A stretch of DNA of 64,000 nt, taken from contig OX597824.1 in assembly GCA_951406725.2 (NCBI GenBank), positions 63,736,001 through 63,800,000 on the forward strand. Reading direction: 5' to 3'. Shown piece after piece: positions 13,357 to 27,142 of this stretch. The number at the start of each line of letters is the position of its first letter. Within the stretch, counting starts at the first letter, position 1. The position numbers were made by a program, and so were the translations under genes. This DNA is from Octopus vulgaris (Eukaryota). A model generated the notes under the pieces. It did no database searches, was not told where the DNA came from, and worked only from the letters and a program-made list of their open reading frames with translations.

Positions 13357-13903
13357 CAGGCAGACATATAGATAAATATATCAATAGGTGTTTACGAATA
13401 TGTATGTGTGTTTGTGTGTATTTATGCATATGTAAGTGTCTATGAATATAAGTTCGTTTGGAACAGGATGAATTGCTATGAAAAAATACCATATAGATAT
13501 TGCCATGAAGCCTCTTTTCCGACAGAAAAGTCTAAATCTGTCCATGAGAGTCGAACTCACATTTTTTGTAGACATAACACTGTGTGTGCGTGTGTGTGTA
13601 TGTGTGTGTGTGCGTGCGCTCGTTTGTACCTGCATGTAACGTATGCATGAACATGCATCGTTTTTAAAAAAATAAATAAAGCATTATTTTAAATATTTGT
13701 TAAATAACGACAGAGTTTGATGAATATCATGCTTATAGTGACTTCTCTTTTATAGGTTTTAATACGTTTGGAGTATTCCCACGGATTCCAATAATGAACT
13801 TTCTAAATGACAAAATGTGCGCTTGAAACAGACGTTTTTGCACACATAGCTCGCACGATTCAGGGAAACTTGAAAAATAAGCGTTTTCTTCGTAACTTCT
13901 AAA

Positions 13904-14318
13904 TACTCTTTTTACTCTTTTACTCTTTTACTTGTTTCAGTCATTTGACTGCGGCCATGCTGGAGCACCGCCTTTAGTCGAGCAAATCGACCCCGGGACT
14001 TATTCGTTGTAAGCCCAGTACTTATTATATCGGTCTCTTTTGCCGAACCGCTAAGTGACGGGGACGTAAACACACCAGCATCGGTTGTCAAGCAATGCTA
14101 GGGGGACAAACACAGACACACAAACATATACAGACACACTTATATATACATACATATATACGACAGGCTTCTTTCAGTTTCCGTCTACCAAATCCACTCA
14201 CAAGGCATTGGTCGGCCCGGGGCTATAGCAGAAGACACTTGCCCAAGATGCCACGCAGTGGGACTGAACCCGGAACCATGTGGTTGGTTAGCAAGCTACT
14301 TACCACACAGCCACTCCT
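13904..14318 (-). mobile_element. SINE family A, full length and young
   Basis: Head AGGAGTGGCTGTGTGGTAAG (A box), GGTTCAGTCCC (B box), CORE-like CTTGGGCAAGTGTCTT, (GAGTAAAA)n tail. Confidence 0.95.
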
Positions 14319-14466
14319 TCAAAAATATTCAAAATATATTTAAAATAACTATAATTGAATGAAAAACAAACAGGCTCGGATTACTAGTTAAATAATCGGA
14401 GTATGAGAATTATGTGCCTTGCACTTACAATGTATTAAAGAATGCACTGCCTTCATTTACGTTGAT

Positions 14467-14533
<67 letters not shown>

Positions 14534-14534
14534 T

Positions 14535-14680
14535 GGTTTCCATCTGCCAATCCACTCACCAGGCTTTAACCGACCCGGAGATATAATAGAAGACAGTGGC
14601 CCAAGTTATCAGGTAGTGGAACGGAAACTGGAATCATGTGGCTTGGAAGCAAGTTTCTTTCGACTCAGCCACGCGTGTGC
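14535..14680 (-). mobile_element. SINE family A head, diverged
   Basis: Similar to 14175-14318. Confidence 0.7.
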
Positions 14681-15176
14681 CCGGAACATCTCTCCGAGGA
14701 AAGGTCGTGGCTAATGTGATAATTATCGATATGGTTTTGCTTACATTAAAAAGCTCAATTTGCTTAATAGCAACGGTTCTTGATATTATATCAACAACCT
14801 CCTGACCACATGAAGTAGGTTTTTTACTTATTGAGTCGGTATTTATTTAAATCGAAGGTAATTTATTCAAAATATTATAGCCTGTTTATTTCCAGCAAAG
14901 TCTTAGTTCAGAAACTAATTATGCATATGTACTCCTGGCATGTATTTTGTTGTGAATGTACGTGCCACTGAAGTTATATAAGTTTTCTTATAGTTGTTGT
15001 TGTTGATGGCGGTGGTGGTGGTGGTGGTGGTGGTGGTGGTGTGGTGGTGGTTGTGGTGGTGTGATGGTGGTGGTGGTGTGATGGTGTTGATGGCGTGATG
15101 GCGGTGGTGGTGTGATGGTCTTGTTGTTATTCTCATTCTTCTTCTTCTTCTTCTTCTTCTTCTTCTTCTTCTTCTT

Positions 15177-15207
<31 letters not shown>

Positions 15208-15228
15208 TTATTATTATTATTATTATTA

Positions 15229-15445
15229 AGGCGGTGAGCTGGCAGAATCGTTAGCACGCCGAGCTAAATGCTTAGCGGCATTTCATCTGTCTTTATGTTC
15301 TGAGTTCAAATTCCGCCCAGGTCGACTTTGCTTTTAATCCTTTCAGTCTTGATAAATTAAGTATCAGTTGCATACAGGGGTAGATCTAATCGACTAGCCC
15401 CCACCACAAAAGTATCAGGATTTGTGCCTATAGTACAAAGGATTA
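15229..15445 (+). mobile_element. tRNA-derived SINE family B
   Basis: AGGCGGTGAGCTGGCAGAATCGTTAGC...GAGTTCAAATTCC (B box)...GACTTTGCTTTTAATCCTTTC; follows a TTA run. Confidence 0.9.
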
Positions 15446-16624
15446 GTATTATCATTATTATTATCAATATTATTATTACTATTTTATTTTTAATTCGTTA
15501 TACATTGATTACCTGTCTAAGATATCACTAATATATCTTCTCTATTGCTGACCTAAAATTGCCAATAGAAATCTTAGAAAACAACAGATTTAGACAGGTG
15601 GAAACGCGAAATATTACATTTACACTAATTTCTGATTTCCAAAAGTCTGCTAATGATACCTATTATCATCCTCCTCATCATCATCATTATATTTATCATC
15701 ACCACCATCATCATCATTATTATTATGTCCGCCATACTGGGAAGTCATTGAGCTCTAATCTCCGTAAGTCTTGAGAGTTTTATCAATCATTTCGGTTGGT
15801 TAAAGTCTGTTCAGTCAATTAGTTTGTGATAACTATTTTACTGACATTGGATGGACTGCGATGGTGTATTTTCTGCTGCATTACACCCACTTTTGGAGCT
15901 GTAACTCAGTGATGATTAATTTGCATTTTTTTTTTGTAAACAAAGATTTCCTATTTTTTCCCCAAGAATAATAATAGTCGACTGTGAACAGTGTTCCCTA
16001 TGCTGCCATGTCCGGGGAACAATACGTCAATGGCAGCCAAGTTGGAGATAAACTAAATTTATCGAGTCAAAGGAATGAAATTTCGTATTATTGTTATGAC
16101 GACAGCAACACCAGCCAAAATACAAGCACCAACATTGACCGTGACAACCACAACAATGATAACAGCAACAAGAGTAACGAGAATGTGCAACAGCAGCTGC
16201 AGTAGAAAAGACAATAGTAACAACAACGACAACAACATGCAAAGCCACAATAATTCTTTATCTCTTTCGAGGGCAGTTAACCAGTGACGATGCATTCGGT
16301 GTAAGATCTGAAAGGCAACGCCCTCTAGTACAAAAATGTTATTGTCAAACCAGACGTTATGCCGCTTAGTGAGGAGGAGAAAACTAACTCAGGATAACAA
16401 AAACATTCTTTATAAAAGCGTTTCTCACAAGGAGAGGAAAATTGAATTTCCTACTCCAGCAGAGGCAGAAAAATGCCTCCAAGATGTGTGTCCGTTAGTT
16501 CTACACATAAATAAAGGACTCACACAAATACATACTCGTACACGTACACACGCATGTGCACACATACACGTATATATATATATATATATATATACATACA
16601 CACATACACACGAATACATATTTC

Positions 16625-16848
16625 CTTTCATCTTTTACTTGTCTCAGTCATTAGACTGCGACTATGGTGGGATACCACCTTGAAGAGTATTTAGTCGAAT
16701 GAATCGACCTCAGTACTTACCTTTTTAAGCATTGTAATTATCCTATCGGTCTCTTGCCGAACTGCTAAGTTACAGGAACGTAAACACACCAGCTTCTGTT
16801 GCCATTGCCAAGCGGTGTGGGGTGACAAACGTATAGAGACACACAAAC

Positions 16849-16892
<44 letters not shown>

Positions 16893-17038
16893 TATAGTCT
16901 TCTTTTAGTTTCCGTCTACTAAATCCACTCAAAAGGCACTGGCCAGCCCGAAGCTATAGTAGAAGTCACTTGTCCAAGTTATCTCTGAATCCAGAACCAT
17001 GTGGTTGGGAAGCAAGCTTCTTACCACACATCCACGCT
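16625..17038 (-). mobile_element. SINE family A, diverged
   Basis: Tail, internal TA tract and head all recognisable. Confidence 0.82.
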
Positions 17039-18168
17039 TATATATTCCCAGCGGACTGGAATGAACATATAGGTCAACGTGTAATTTTTTTAAATGCCTA
17101 AATTCTCCCTGATGATATTTTGCTCATAAATTTTAAATGCAAATTTAATGCACAAATTTTATTTCAATGAGTATTAATGGAAACAGCTGTAGGATGAAAT
17201 GATTATCAATTTATTAATAAATTATTATTAATCACTAACTCTCCATTTTCTTCTCTTAATTTAATACGGATCGTATACTTAATATATACATACTAATTTA
17301 GGGGAAAGACTTACACAAAGATTCTGTCTAACGAATTTCATTCCCAAGGCATTTATGCACCTGAGGCTACCATAGAAGAAACTTGACTGAGGTGCGCGCT
17401 GTGGGACCGAACCGGGGACAACGAGACAGGAAAGCAAGCTACGTAACCACACGAGCATGCTAAACATGTTTCTGTATATTTGCATGTATGCGTTTATGTA
17501 CGTATATTTGTATGATGAATGTATGGATGTTTCTATGTCTGTATGTATACATGTATGTATGAGAGGTATGTATGTATGTATGTATGTATGTATGTATGTA
17601 TGTATGTATGTACGTATGTATGTATGTATGTATGTATTCCTGTGTCACTTAAAATCCTCATTAACAAACCTAGAAGAAGGAATGAACAACATACATCCAA
17701 GTTTATACCGTATCGAAATTAACTGAGAGATGGCCTCATAGGAGAAAACCACCGCTATTACAGCCAGCACCAACGACAACGACAACAACGATAACAACAA
17801 CAACAACAACAACAACAGTACAGGAAACAAAACCAACGAACAAATAGGAAATCTATGAAAGTGATTAAGTAGGAAACTAGTGTTAGCTGCTTTACTAACT
17901 TAATTCTAAAATCTTATATATTTTTGGTTTGTCTATTTTCGTTCCTCAACGTCCCTCTGTTGAAGACCACAGAGAAAAACATGTTGTCAGGTCATTAATT
18001 GCCAGATTAAATTCCGGTGACGCAATAACGTCTTTTTGGACATATTTCTTTGGTGCGCTTCATTAAAATGTATTGCTTACTTAATGACAGCTTGTCTAAT
18101 AGGCTTGTCTGGTATGTCTCGTTGAAGTCAATCTCTAAACACAGGACACGACATTCTATGTATACACA

Positions 18169-18268
<100 letters not shown>

Positions 18269-18651
18269 GTGTGTGTGTGTGTATGTGTGTGTGTTTGTGT
18301 ATGTATGTATATACATATATGTATGTATTTATCTATGTATATGTACTATATATATATATATGCATTTTATATTCGCTATACATTTATATGGACATGATAG
18401 TTGTCAACATTTGGAATATAATACGTATAACGACGACATCGATGTTGACGGCAGTGATTACATACTGCCAGGAAAGGTTAGCTACAGCAACGACAACAAC
18501 AACTTTAACTTCGAGAAAAGCTACAAGAAGAAATTTTCAAACACCCTAACGTGATCGCTCGACTTGTTGACTATGGCAACGAAATCTCCCTGAAATCACT
18601 TTCTTCCATGATCGGTCTTCCAAATCAGACACACACCAAGGAATATTATTT

Positions 18652-18916
18652 TTTACGTTTCAATCATTAAACTGTGGCCATGCCGGAGCACCACTTTGAA
18701 GAAGATTAGTCGAATGAAACGATCCCAATACTTATATCTTTTGTCAAGCTTGGTACTTATTCTACCATTCTCTTTCTGCGGAACCACTAGATTACGGGGA
18801 CGTAAACAAACCAACACCAGCTGCCAAGCTGTGGTGGAGGACAAACACAGACACAAAACACACACACACAGACACATACATACATACACACATATATACT
18901 TATGTGTGTGTGAAAG

Positions 18917-18950
<34 letters not shown>

Positions 18951-19525
18951 GTAAGTAGCTTGCTAACCAACCACATGGTTCCGGTTTCAGTCCCACTGCG
19001 TGGCATCTTTGGCAAGTGTCTTCTGCTATAGCCCCGCGCCGACCAATGCCTTGTGAGTGGATTTGGTAGACGGAAACTGAAAGAAGCCTGTCGTATATAT
19101 GTATATATATATATGTATGTGTGTGTGTTTGTGTGTCTGTGTTTGTTCCCCTAGCATTGCTTGACAACCGATGCTGGTGTGTTTACGTCCCCGTCACTTA
19201 GCGGTTCGGCAAAAAGAGACCGATAGAATAAGTACTGGGCTTACAAAAAGAATAAGTGCGGGGTCGAGTTGCTCGACTAAAGGCGGTGCTCCAGCATGGC
19301 CGCAGTCAAATGACTGAAACAAGTAAAAGAGTAAAAGAGAGAGTAAGAAAGAGTATATATATGATGGGCATCTTTTAGTTTTTGATTATCAAATCCACTT
19401 GCAAGACTTTGGTCGGCCCGAGGTTATATAGAAGATATTAGCCCAAGGTGCCAAGCAGTGGGCTTGAACCTGGGACACTGTGGTTGAGAAGCAATCTTCT
19501 TACAACATAGCCTCACCTGTGCCTA
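18652..19525 (-). mobile_element. Old SINE A split by a nested younger SINE A
   Basis: Tail half 18652-18860 and head half 19363-19525 on the minus strand flank the plus-strand copy. Confidence 0.8.
18946..19352 (+). mobile_element. SINE family A, young, nested
   Basis: GTGTGGTAAGTAGCTTGCTAACC...GAAACAAGTAAAAGAGTAAAAGAG; nearly identical to the reverse complement of 13904-14318. Confidence 0.93.
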
Positions 19526-19928
19526 TATTTATTGTCGGCTCGAAATTATAATTCCGAATACAACAGCGACACGGAGAAAGCCAGAGGATACAATGGCCGA
19601 AACGATGTGACTAAAACTTGCAAGCTGAGAGCACTTGTCAAGAGTATATCTCTATAAAACGTCGTACAGTATTAAACAAGTACAATACCCGCAAACAAAA
19701 ACAGATGACCACAGCTAGAATGCTTTTCTTCATAAGACAGTTCCATCATACTGACATAGCTTCAACAGTAATAACGACAAAAGGAGTATAGAAACAGATT
19801 TGACTAGAGGGAATATATGTCCAAATTTCAACACTACTAAAATAAATGTGTGAATGACTGAGTTAGTATGTAATTAGTCAACCAGCCTAGAGATAAGTAA
19901 GTCAAATGTTATAAAGAGACGCTTCTCT

Positions 19929-20099
19929 CAGTAGCGTAGCAAGAAGCAGGTGAGGGAGTGGTCCACCCAGGCGACGCTTTTGTGGAAAGGCACTTTTGGG
20001 TCTCCAGTATAAATCCGCTGTATTGTCCGGGGGTTGGAAGGCAGGGATGGGGAATCTCAGGGGATGCCTCGGGTGACACGAACTCTAACTACGCCGTTG
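19929..20099. mobile_element. Short MITE with CAGTRGCGTAG-type TIRs (hAT-like)
   Basis: Left CAGTAGCGTAG, right CTACGCCGTTG; flanking 8-mers GCTTCTCT / GTTTCTGA match only partly. Confidence 0.6.
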
Positions 20100-21083
20100 G
20101 TTTCTGAAGCAAATCATGCACTTCAACAATCATCCACTGTATTTCTATGCATTTTTCTTTTTATATTGATGTAAATGGATAGGGTTACTTTGAAACGGAC
20201 GAGTCTTTTTGTCTATGTTGGGATCATTTTCAAACTTAATCACTTCGGACTGATAGTTTGCTTTGCACACCATCAAGTTTAATACTGCTGTTTGATTATC
20301 TTGTACGCTCGCAGAATAACACTTTCTTGCAGAATTTCGATTTAGACACCCTGGTTCCCTCTCAGCCAACGTTTAATTCTACAATTATTTAATAGAGCAC
20401 TAGCCATATCGATCTCATTAGCATAGAAATGTCTACGAAAGCAACTGCTCTTGACTAGCTCACAGAAACAGTACAGAGTTTACAGCTTTGTTTTCACTTG
20501 CCTAAAACCCATTTAATCAACGCTATTCTCTCCTTCTCACTTACTGACGAACGCCAAAGGTCTGAATCATTAGATATTTTAGTTCTCAAATCAATTGAAT
20601 TTATAGGACCTTTCTATGAATTATTCAGTATAATAATTGTAAACGTCTCTATCATCATCGCACTTCCATTTCTGCAATACATTTCTCCTTCTTGTGTATT
20701 GTCTAATGAAATAATTATTACCAGGGCGGTGAATATCTACTAAGTTCTTTGCAGGTCTTCTCTTACTTATCTGAATTTCAACTAAATGTCTTTGGTCAGT
20801 TTCCTTTCATTTTCTTTCTGTCAATTTATGAAATACCAGTTCATGCTAACGAGGGAAAAGAGCTCTATGAGGATGTTCGACCAGGTGGAAGTAACAGCTA
20901 AATTTCAATTAGTGTATACCTTAGCTTAAATAAGTGAAATAAAATCACGTAATAGGTAATGTAGTTCTAGTCAAAACCCTACAAAGGTACTGTGGTCACG
21001 GTTGGTGTTTCTTTACTCATAGATCAATTTGATTAGAATCTATATCAGGTTTAACCATCAGAACAAAAATAATAACGAGAAAT

Positions 21084-21275
21084 GCGGTGAGCTGGAAGAA
21101 TCGTTAGCAGTATTTCGTCCGTCTCTGCATTCTGTGTACAAATTCTGCCGAAGTTGATTTTACCTTTTATGGTTTCGTGGTCGATAAAATAAGTACTAAT
21201 TGAACACTGGATGCGATGTAATGGATTTATCCTCTACTCCAAAAGTGCTGGGCCTTGAGCCAAAATTTGAAATCA
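21084..21275 (+). mobile_element. SINE family B, diverged
   Basis: GCGGTGAGCTGGAAGAATCGTTAGC...GTCGATAAAATAAGTAC. Confidence 0.8.
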
Positions 21276-21376
21276 ATAATAACAACAATGGCATTGCGAA
21301 TGAGAAATTTTATATAAGGATTATACTAATTATTATTTTATGAAGTAAGAATAACAACAACAACAACAACAACAAC

Positions 21377-21444
<68 letters not shown>

Positions 21445-22966
21445 TGATGATGATAATGATAATAATAACAATCCTAATAATAATGATAATAATAACAATC
21501 CTAATGATAATAATGAGTCTTATTTTCATTGAGTAATGCTTGTAAAAGAGTAACTCGGATATAGCATTGTTGTTTAACTTTAAGTCTGACCTGGTCGAGT
21601 ATCCCAATAATCAATATTTTTTTAGCTGTTGCCGCACTGTTGTTTAACAGATCTGCTGTATCTAGGATTACTCGTGAATTTCCTTGTGTTTTTTATAAAG
21701 AGAATTGTATGATTCGAGGGAGAATTTGTAGCTATTTCTTTTATGTCAATAGATCATCTAAAATAAACTAGCATCTATTTATTTTATATATTATCTATTC
21801 ATTTGTTTATCTTGTCTGCGATTCAGCCGTCAATCAGTGAAATTAAGCTATATATTGCAGCCACTGCAGTGATTTGAGAATTCATACTGAACAAACTTAT
21901 GGTCATGTAATTTTAGAACGAGTAATAAGCATGGAAATAGCTCCAACTAGTTCTCTACGACAACATAAAATTTGATTGAAGCCATCTTGATTACATAGCT
22001 CGATGATAAAATAAACCTCTTAAAGGGAATTTGAGAATAATATTAACTTACCATCCTACTCTCTAACAGAAAACATATAACAGCAAATAGATCAGGGTTA
22101 TTATCTAATGAGGCTTCTTTTTATCGATCTCGGCAAATAAAAGATTTCTTTTCGATGGCTGCGAACAAAATATCGTAAAATATCTCGTTAGACATATTAC
22201 CGATCCATATATGAAAATAATTATTTCTATTGAGTGGATGTGAAGGGAAGTTGTATATACGGTTGAATAAACACCACTGTATTAGTGGTAAGGATTTTAT
22301 TGATGCAGGAAGGATATAATTTACAAGCAATACTGGCATAAAATGGATGCGGAAACACTAAGGTAAGGCATTCAAGATTTTAAATTTTCTCTCGTTTCCA
22401 AGCCATTATTACAGTAAATATAATTTTATTACCTTGTTTAATTTAATTTCTATACTATCAGAAACAATACAGCATCGTTTTCTTGTTCACATTTAAATTA
22501 GGCAGTGTTTAAAATAAACAACATAATCTTTATCAACCACAACTATAAGGGTAGAGGAGAAGTGTCGTTGAAGCATTAGCTGAAATGTATTGCGGTATTT
22601 ATTCTGACTCTTTCCGTTCTGAGTTCAAATTTCGCTGAAGACATATTTGCTTTTCATCCTTCCGGACTACCAGTCATCTGGCGGTGGACTTTTGGAAAAC
22701 CTTATACAGACAGATTGTTGTATATATTCCGATAGCTTGCATTCTGATTTCAGACCCCACAAAAACCATCTTGGGTGGAAGTCTTCACCTGTCACTTTTG
22801 TTGAACGCTTCCACCTAGTTCTTGGATGCTATGAGCGGTGACAATTCAGTTGCAACTCATATATTTTCAATGTATGTGTGCGTGAGTGTATAAACGGATG
22901 TATGTGTATATATAAATATATGAAGATATATAAGTATATATATACTATATATATGTATATATATAT

Positions 22967-23170
22967 GTGACTGCGTGTGTACCATTGGCGATTTTTTTCC
23001 TCTGTCTTCCCTTCTCTGGATCTTTCCTTCTCCTATGTTTCCGACGAAGAGCTCCGCTCGAAACGTTAAACCCTCCTTCTTTCCTTCTTTCCTGAGCGTC
23101 CAATAATACTATATTTGTTCCACGTCCTCGCGTTGTTGTGTTTTTTTGTGCTTAAATGTTTGGATTAACT
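22967..23170 (+). mobile_element. ~200 bp non-coding HHR-bearing element, copy 2
   Basis: GUUU CCGACGA A GAGC-UCC-GCUC GAAA CG UU AAAC at 23037-23071; flanked by TA/CA tracts. Confidence 0.82.
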
Positions 23171-23178
23171 TTATATAT

Positions 23179-23239
<61 letters not shown>

Positions 23240-23717
23240 ATCAAGCTAATATGGCAGTCCAGAAATATAGGACGAATGCTGTCGTTGATTAGCTCCAAGA
23301 GACCATCGCCTCTAGCTTGCTATGTGACACGCGAACCTGTGTCCATTATAACCTTCGAACAGGGGAGGTCAGCCGCTTCCCCTTGCTGGCCAGGCATCTG
23401 CAGACTAGTTTCAGGGTATTTGCCCCTTCTCAATACAGAGCTACCGAACCCAGCAGGCGTCGCTACTGACCGTCTGTTCGAAGGATTATTTACCTAAATT
23501 CAGTGCTAACTCTCTTATAGAAATTTAAACGTAAAGTATGAACGAGAGCAAACTGCGTCCACACGTTTTAATTTCTATAATTTTGAATTTTTATCACTTC
23601 TTATTTTGAACTTGACAAAGACTTACTGTTGAAATATTGTTCAACTAATAAAATATCTTTCAATCGAATCGCGCTCTTCGTCTTGACCTTTGTGAAGAGT
23701 TACGTCAATCCTTTTTA

Positions 23718-23763
<46 letters not shown>

Positions 23764-23803
23764 TAATAATAATAATAATAATATAATAATAATAATAATA
23801 ATA

Positions 23804-23873
<70 letters not shown>

Positions 23874-23874
23874 T

Positions 23875-24689
23875 TGTCTTCTGGCTTAAAATCAGAAACG
23901 GAAAGGTTTATCATAGCAGCTCAAGATCAGTGCCTACCCACAAGAAACTACCAGGCCAACATATTAAAGTACGGCAATAGCCCAACATGTCGTGTATGCC
24001 AACAACAAAATGAAAGAATTGATCATGTTGTCTCCATGTGCAGTCTTCTTGCGCCTGCAGAGTATCTCAAAAGGCATGATAGAGCAGCACAATTATTCGC
24101 TGGGTAATTTGCAAAAGCCTGGGCCTGTCTTATGGTAAAAACTTGTTGGAACACAAACCACGTCCCGTGCTTGAAAATGATCACATCTCACTCCTCTGGA
24201 ACTTCACCATTCAAACTTACAGAAAGATAGATGCGAATAGGTCAGACATTATATTGAAAGACTTCAGACAAAAATCATGCTTCCTCATTGATACATAAAT
24301 GTATCTGTTAAGACCTACCAAAAACTGAAGAAGTATAAAGATCTTGAAATCGAAATTGGCAAAATGTGGAATCTCAAGACTAAAACAATACCTGTTGTCA
24401 TAGGTGCCTTGGGAATGATAGTAAAAGGGGCTGATTCTTACCGAGCTCAGATACCAGGAAGCCCCAAAATGGCGGAAATCCATATACTACGTAAAATGCT
24501 ATGTAATCTCAAATTTTGAAACAAACTCATAATTTTCTGGTTTTCTTAAACATTCTCTAGAACAATACTATGTGCAAAACCAAATATATGACACCCTAGG
24601 AATAACACCAACATGAACTAACTTGTCCTTGAGGTCTCTGGGTGACACTTAGAGTCAAGTTGTACAAATACGAAGTAAAAGTCAAACAT
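23875..24689 (+). pseudogene. R4/Dong-clade RLE non-LTR retrotransposon, 5'-truncated, inside a (TAA)n array
   Basis: LKSETE..IIAAQDQ.L.TRNY, CCHC knuckle CRVC..QNE.IDHVVSMC, RHD, then (frameshifted) LLWNFTIQT....ANRSDI, KYKDLEIEI.KMW and PVVIGALG. Confidence 0.9.
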
Positions 24690-24704
24690 ATAATAATAAT
24701 AATA

Positions 24705-24781
<77 letters not shown>

Positions 24782-24790
24782 AATAATAGC

Positions 24791-24866
<76 letters not shown>

Positions 24867-24869
<3 letters not shown>

Positions 24870-25423
24870 GCCCTGATGCAGTACCAGGCAGTGGCTCTCA
24901 TGGCTTCTGATCTTAACTGATTGGAAGTGTTATCATGTACATTGTTTTGTCTTGGTATAAAAGATGGACTACAGCAAATATTCTGCTCAATACCACAGAT
25001 TTCCTTGTCAGTTGTTTGACCTTAACCAGTTGAGCATGTCCCTTAGTGGCTGACGATATGTGCATCTCTGATCACGAGCAGAAGTAGTGGGGGAGCATCA
25101 TAGCCATGTGTTGAGAAGGATTCTTTGGGGTTTGAATAATTCACCTCTGGAAACATGGGTGTTTCGTTCAACGTCCTTAAACAACCCTTATTCAGGGACC
25201 TTTTGAGCGGGATGGGTTACTCGATCTGAAGAAAATTCTAACTGGGCCCCACCTGCAAGGTCATGTGCTGTTTATCTTGATATGAGATCACCATGTCGCG
25301 CACATATGGTTGTGATGCATGTGCCTGGTGTACCCTTATCAGACGGGTAGTCATGATGGGTATACTGGGCTTCGTATATTTTACCCCAGTGTCACTTTGA
25401 TGGCATGCTCTGCTCGCTCACTC
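24867..25423 (+). mobile_element. TAA-embedded interspersed repeat, probably the 3' end of another non-LTR element
   Basis: 3' part matches the reverse complement of 52208-52541; both copies end ...CTCACTC then (AAT)n and are flanked by TAA runs. Confidence 0.7.
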
Positions 25424-27063
25424 AATAATAATAATAATAATAACAATTTATCATAATGCTAAAAATAGTAAACTGGGAAGAAATAGGAAAATGTGAATAA
25501 ATTTATAATATAGGCAGTGATATAGCGTAACAATATATAATTGAAAGAGATTATAATCGATTTCAGAATATTAAAAAAAATAATCTATGAGCATGCTTGT
25601 ACCAACAACCACTTTTGCTCTTTCACTATCCTCGTGCACTCTTTTTTCTATGTTTTGCTTCTGATGAAGAACAAGCGTCCAAAATGTTATGAATCTTTCC
25701 CTCTCCTTTTCTTTTCACATGACAAACAACTAGAAGAATGCGTGTGTGCGCGCCCTTGTGTGTATGCGTTTAACGGTTTGTTATGCAGTTTTTGTCTACC
25801 ACATTCCTTTTATATGGCATTAGAAAACCAAAGGAATAAGTGAAAAATGCATGCTTTGTGTGCGGATTGGATTATTCAAAGAAACAATGGGTATTATAGT
25901 AATTGTAGAGCACAAATATGATGATTGACAGCGCAAATGGGAGCATGTTGATGAAGTATATCAGCAATTTAAGTTTTGAATTATGGCCTTCTTTTAAATT
26001 TGTGTAGCACCGATTAATGTTTTATTTTACTGCTGTTTATGTCCTGTTTAAGCCTATTAGAGAAGGTCTATACAAAAAGGCTTTCCAGGCATGAACATTC
26101 TGCCCTTTTTCAAACATGTATGACTTCATTTTCTATCACAAGACGGTAAGGTTGGTTTGAATGGAAATTAGCAGCTATTTCCAGCGAACCAAGCAATTAT
26201 GTAGTGGATCTTTCGCATGAGTCTAGTATCTTTGGGACAAGTGTGAACATCACAAATTTTAATTTCTTTGTTATGTAAATCTATGACAGAAATTATCGAT
26301 TACTTTTCGATTTGGCAAAAATCCCACATTTTTATCGATGATAGAAATTTAAATTTAAGATTGTCATTTCTCTCTCGGGAGTATTCATAAAAGGAATGCA
26401 GTGAATTCATTGCAAATGAAGAAATAGAAATAGTTCAGCAGGAGCTTTTATCTTAGTAGAACTCTAAGGTGGATATTACCTCAATTTGAAAGGGTTAGAT
26501 TTATGATAAGCAGCAGATTTCGTGAAGTAATTTGAAGAGATTATTTAAATTTAGAAAGTTGAGGCGAAAAGAAATTTATCAGAAGCAATATTAATATTGT
26601 ACAGCTGTGCAACTATCAAGCTCTAAGAAGCTACTTGCCATGGGGAAAGTAGTTTAAGTATAGTCCTTGGATGTATTACTCAAGAGGATTTTATCTGTTT
26701 TGACATTATATGTATGAAGGTATTTGCCTTAGTGAAAGTGCTATATACATCTTTTATCAGAAATGAATTAGAGATCAACAATAATACAGGCCAGAAGATT
26801 TGTGAGGAAGCTATGACTAGAAAGATAAGATTTAACAAAGTGAAAGGTTCGCATTAAGGTGTTTGTTTGAGGTCATTTCATAGCACTTACGTTAATTTAG
26901 AAAGACACATAAGCCCAAATTATCAATTTTCATCTAAAACGTTTAGAGAGACTTTGTATCATGACTCAGCGAGAGAGCCTCTGCTAAGCATACCAGCCAA
27001 TTCTCCCCTTAATCATTTATGTCGTCTTAAAATTTGCACAAACATCCACATATCAACATACAG

Positions 27064-27138
<75 letters not shown>

Positions 27139-27142
<4 letters not shown>

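Noticed and set aside
14230-14318. tRNA gene
   Set aside because: A and B boxes belong to SINE heads; no complete cloverleaf
15984-16205. Asn/Gln-rich ORF
   Set aside because: Derived largely from a decayed (CAA)n tract
19565-19612. GCCAGAGG...UGGCC GAAACGAUGUG
   Set aside because: Probably a decayed HHR, but the core and cleavage triplet are lost, so not called as a feature
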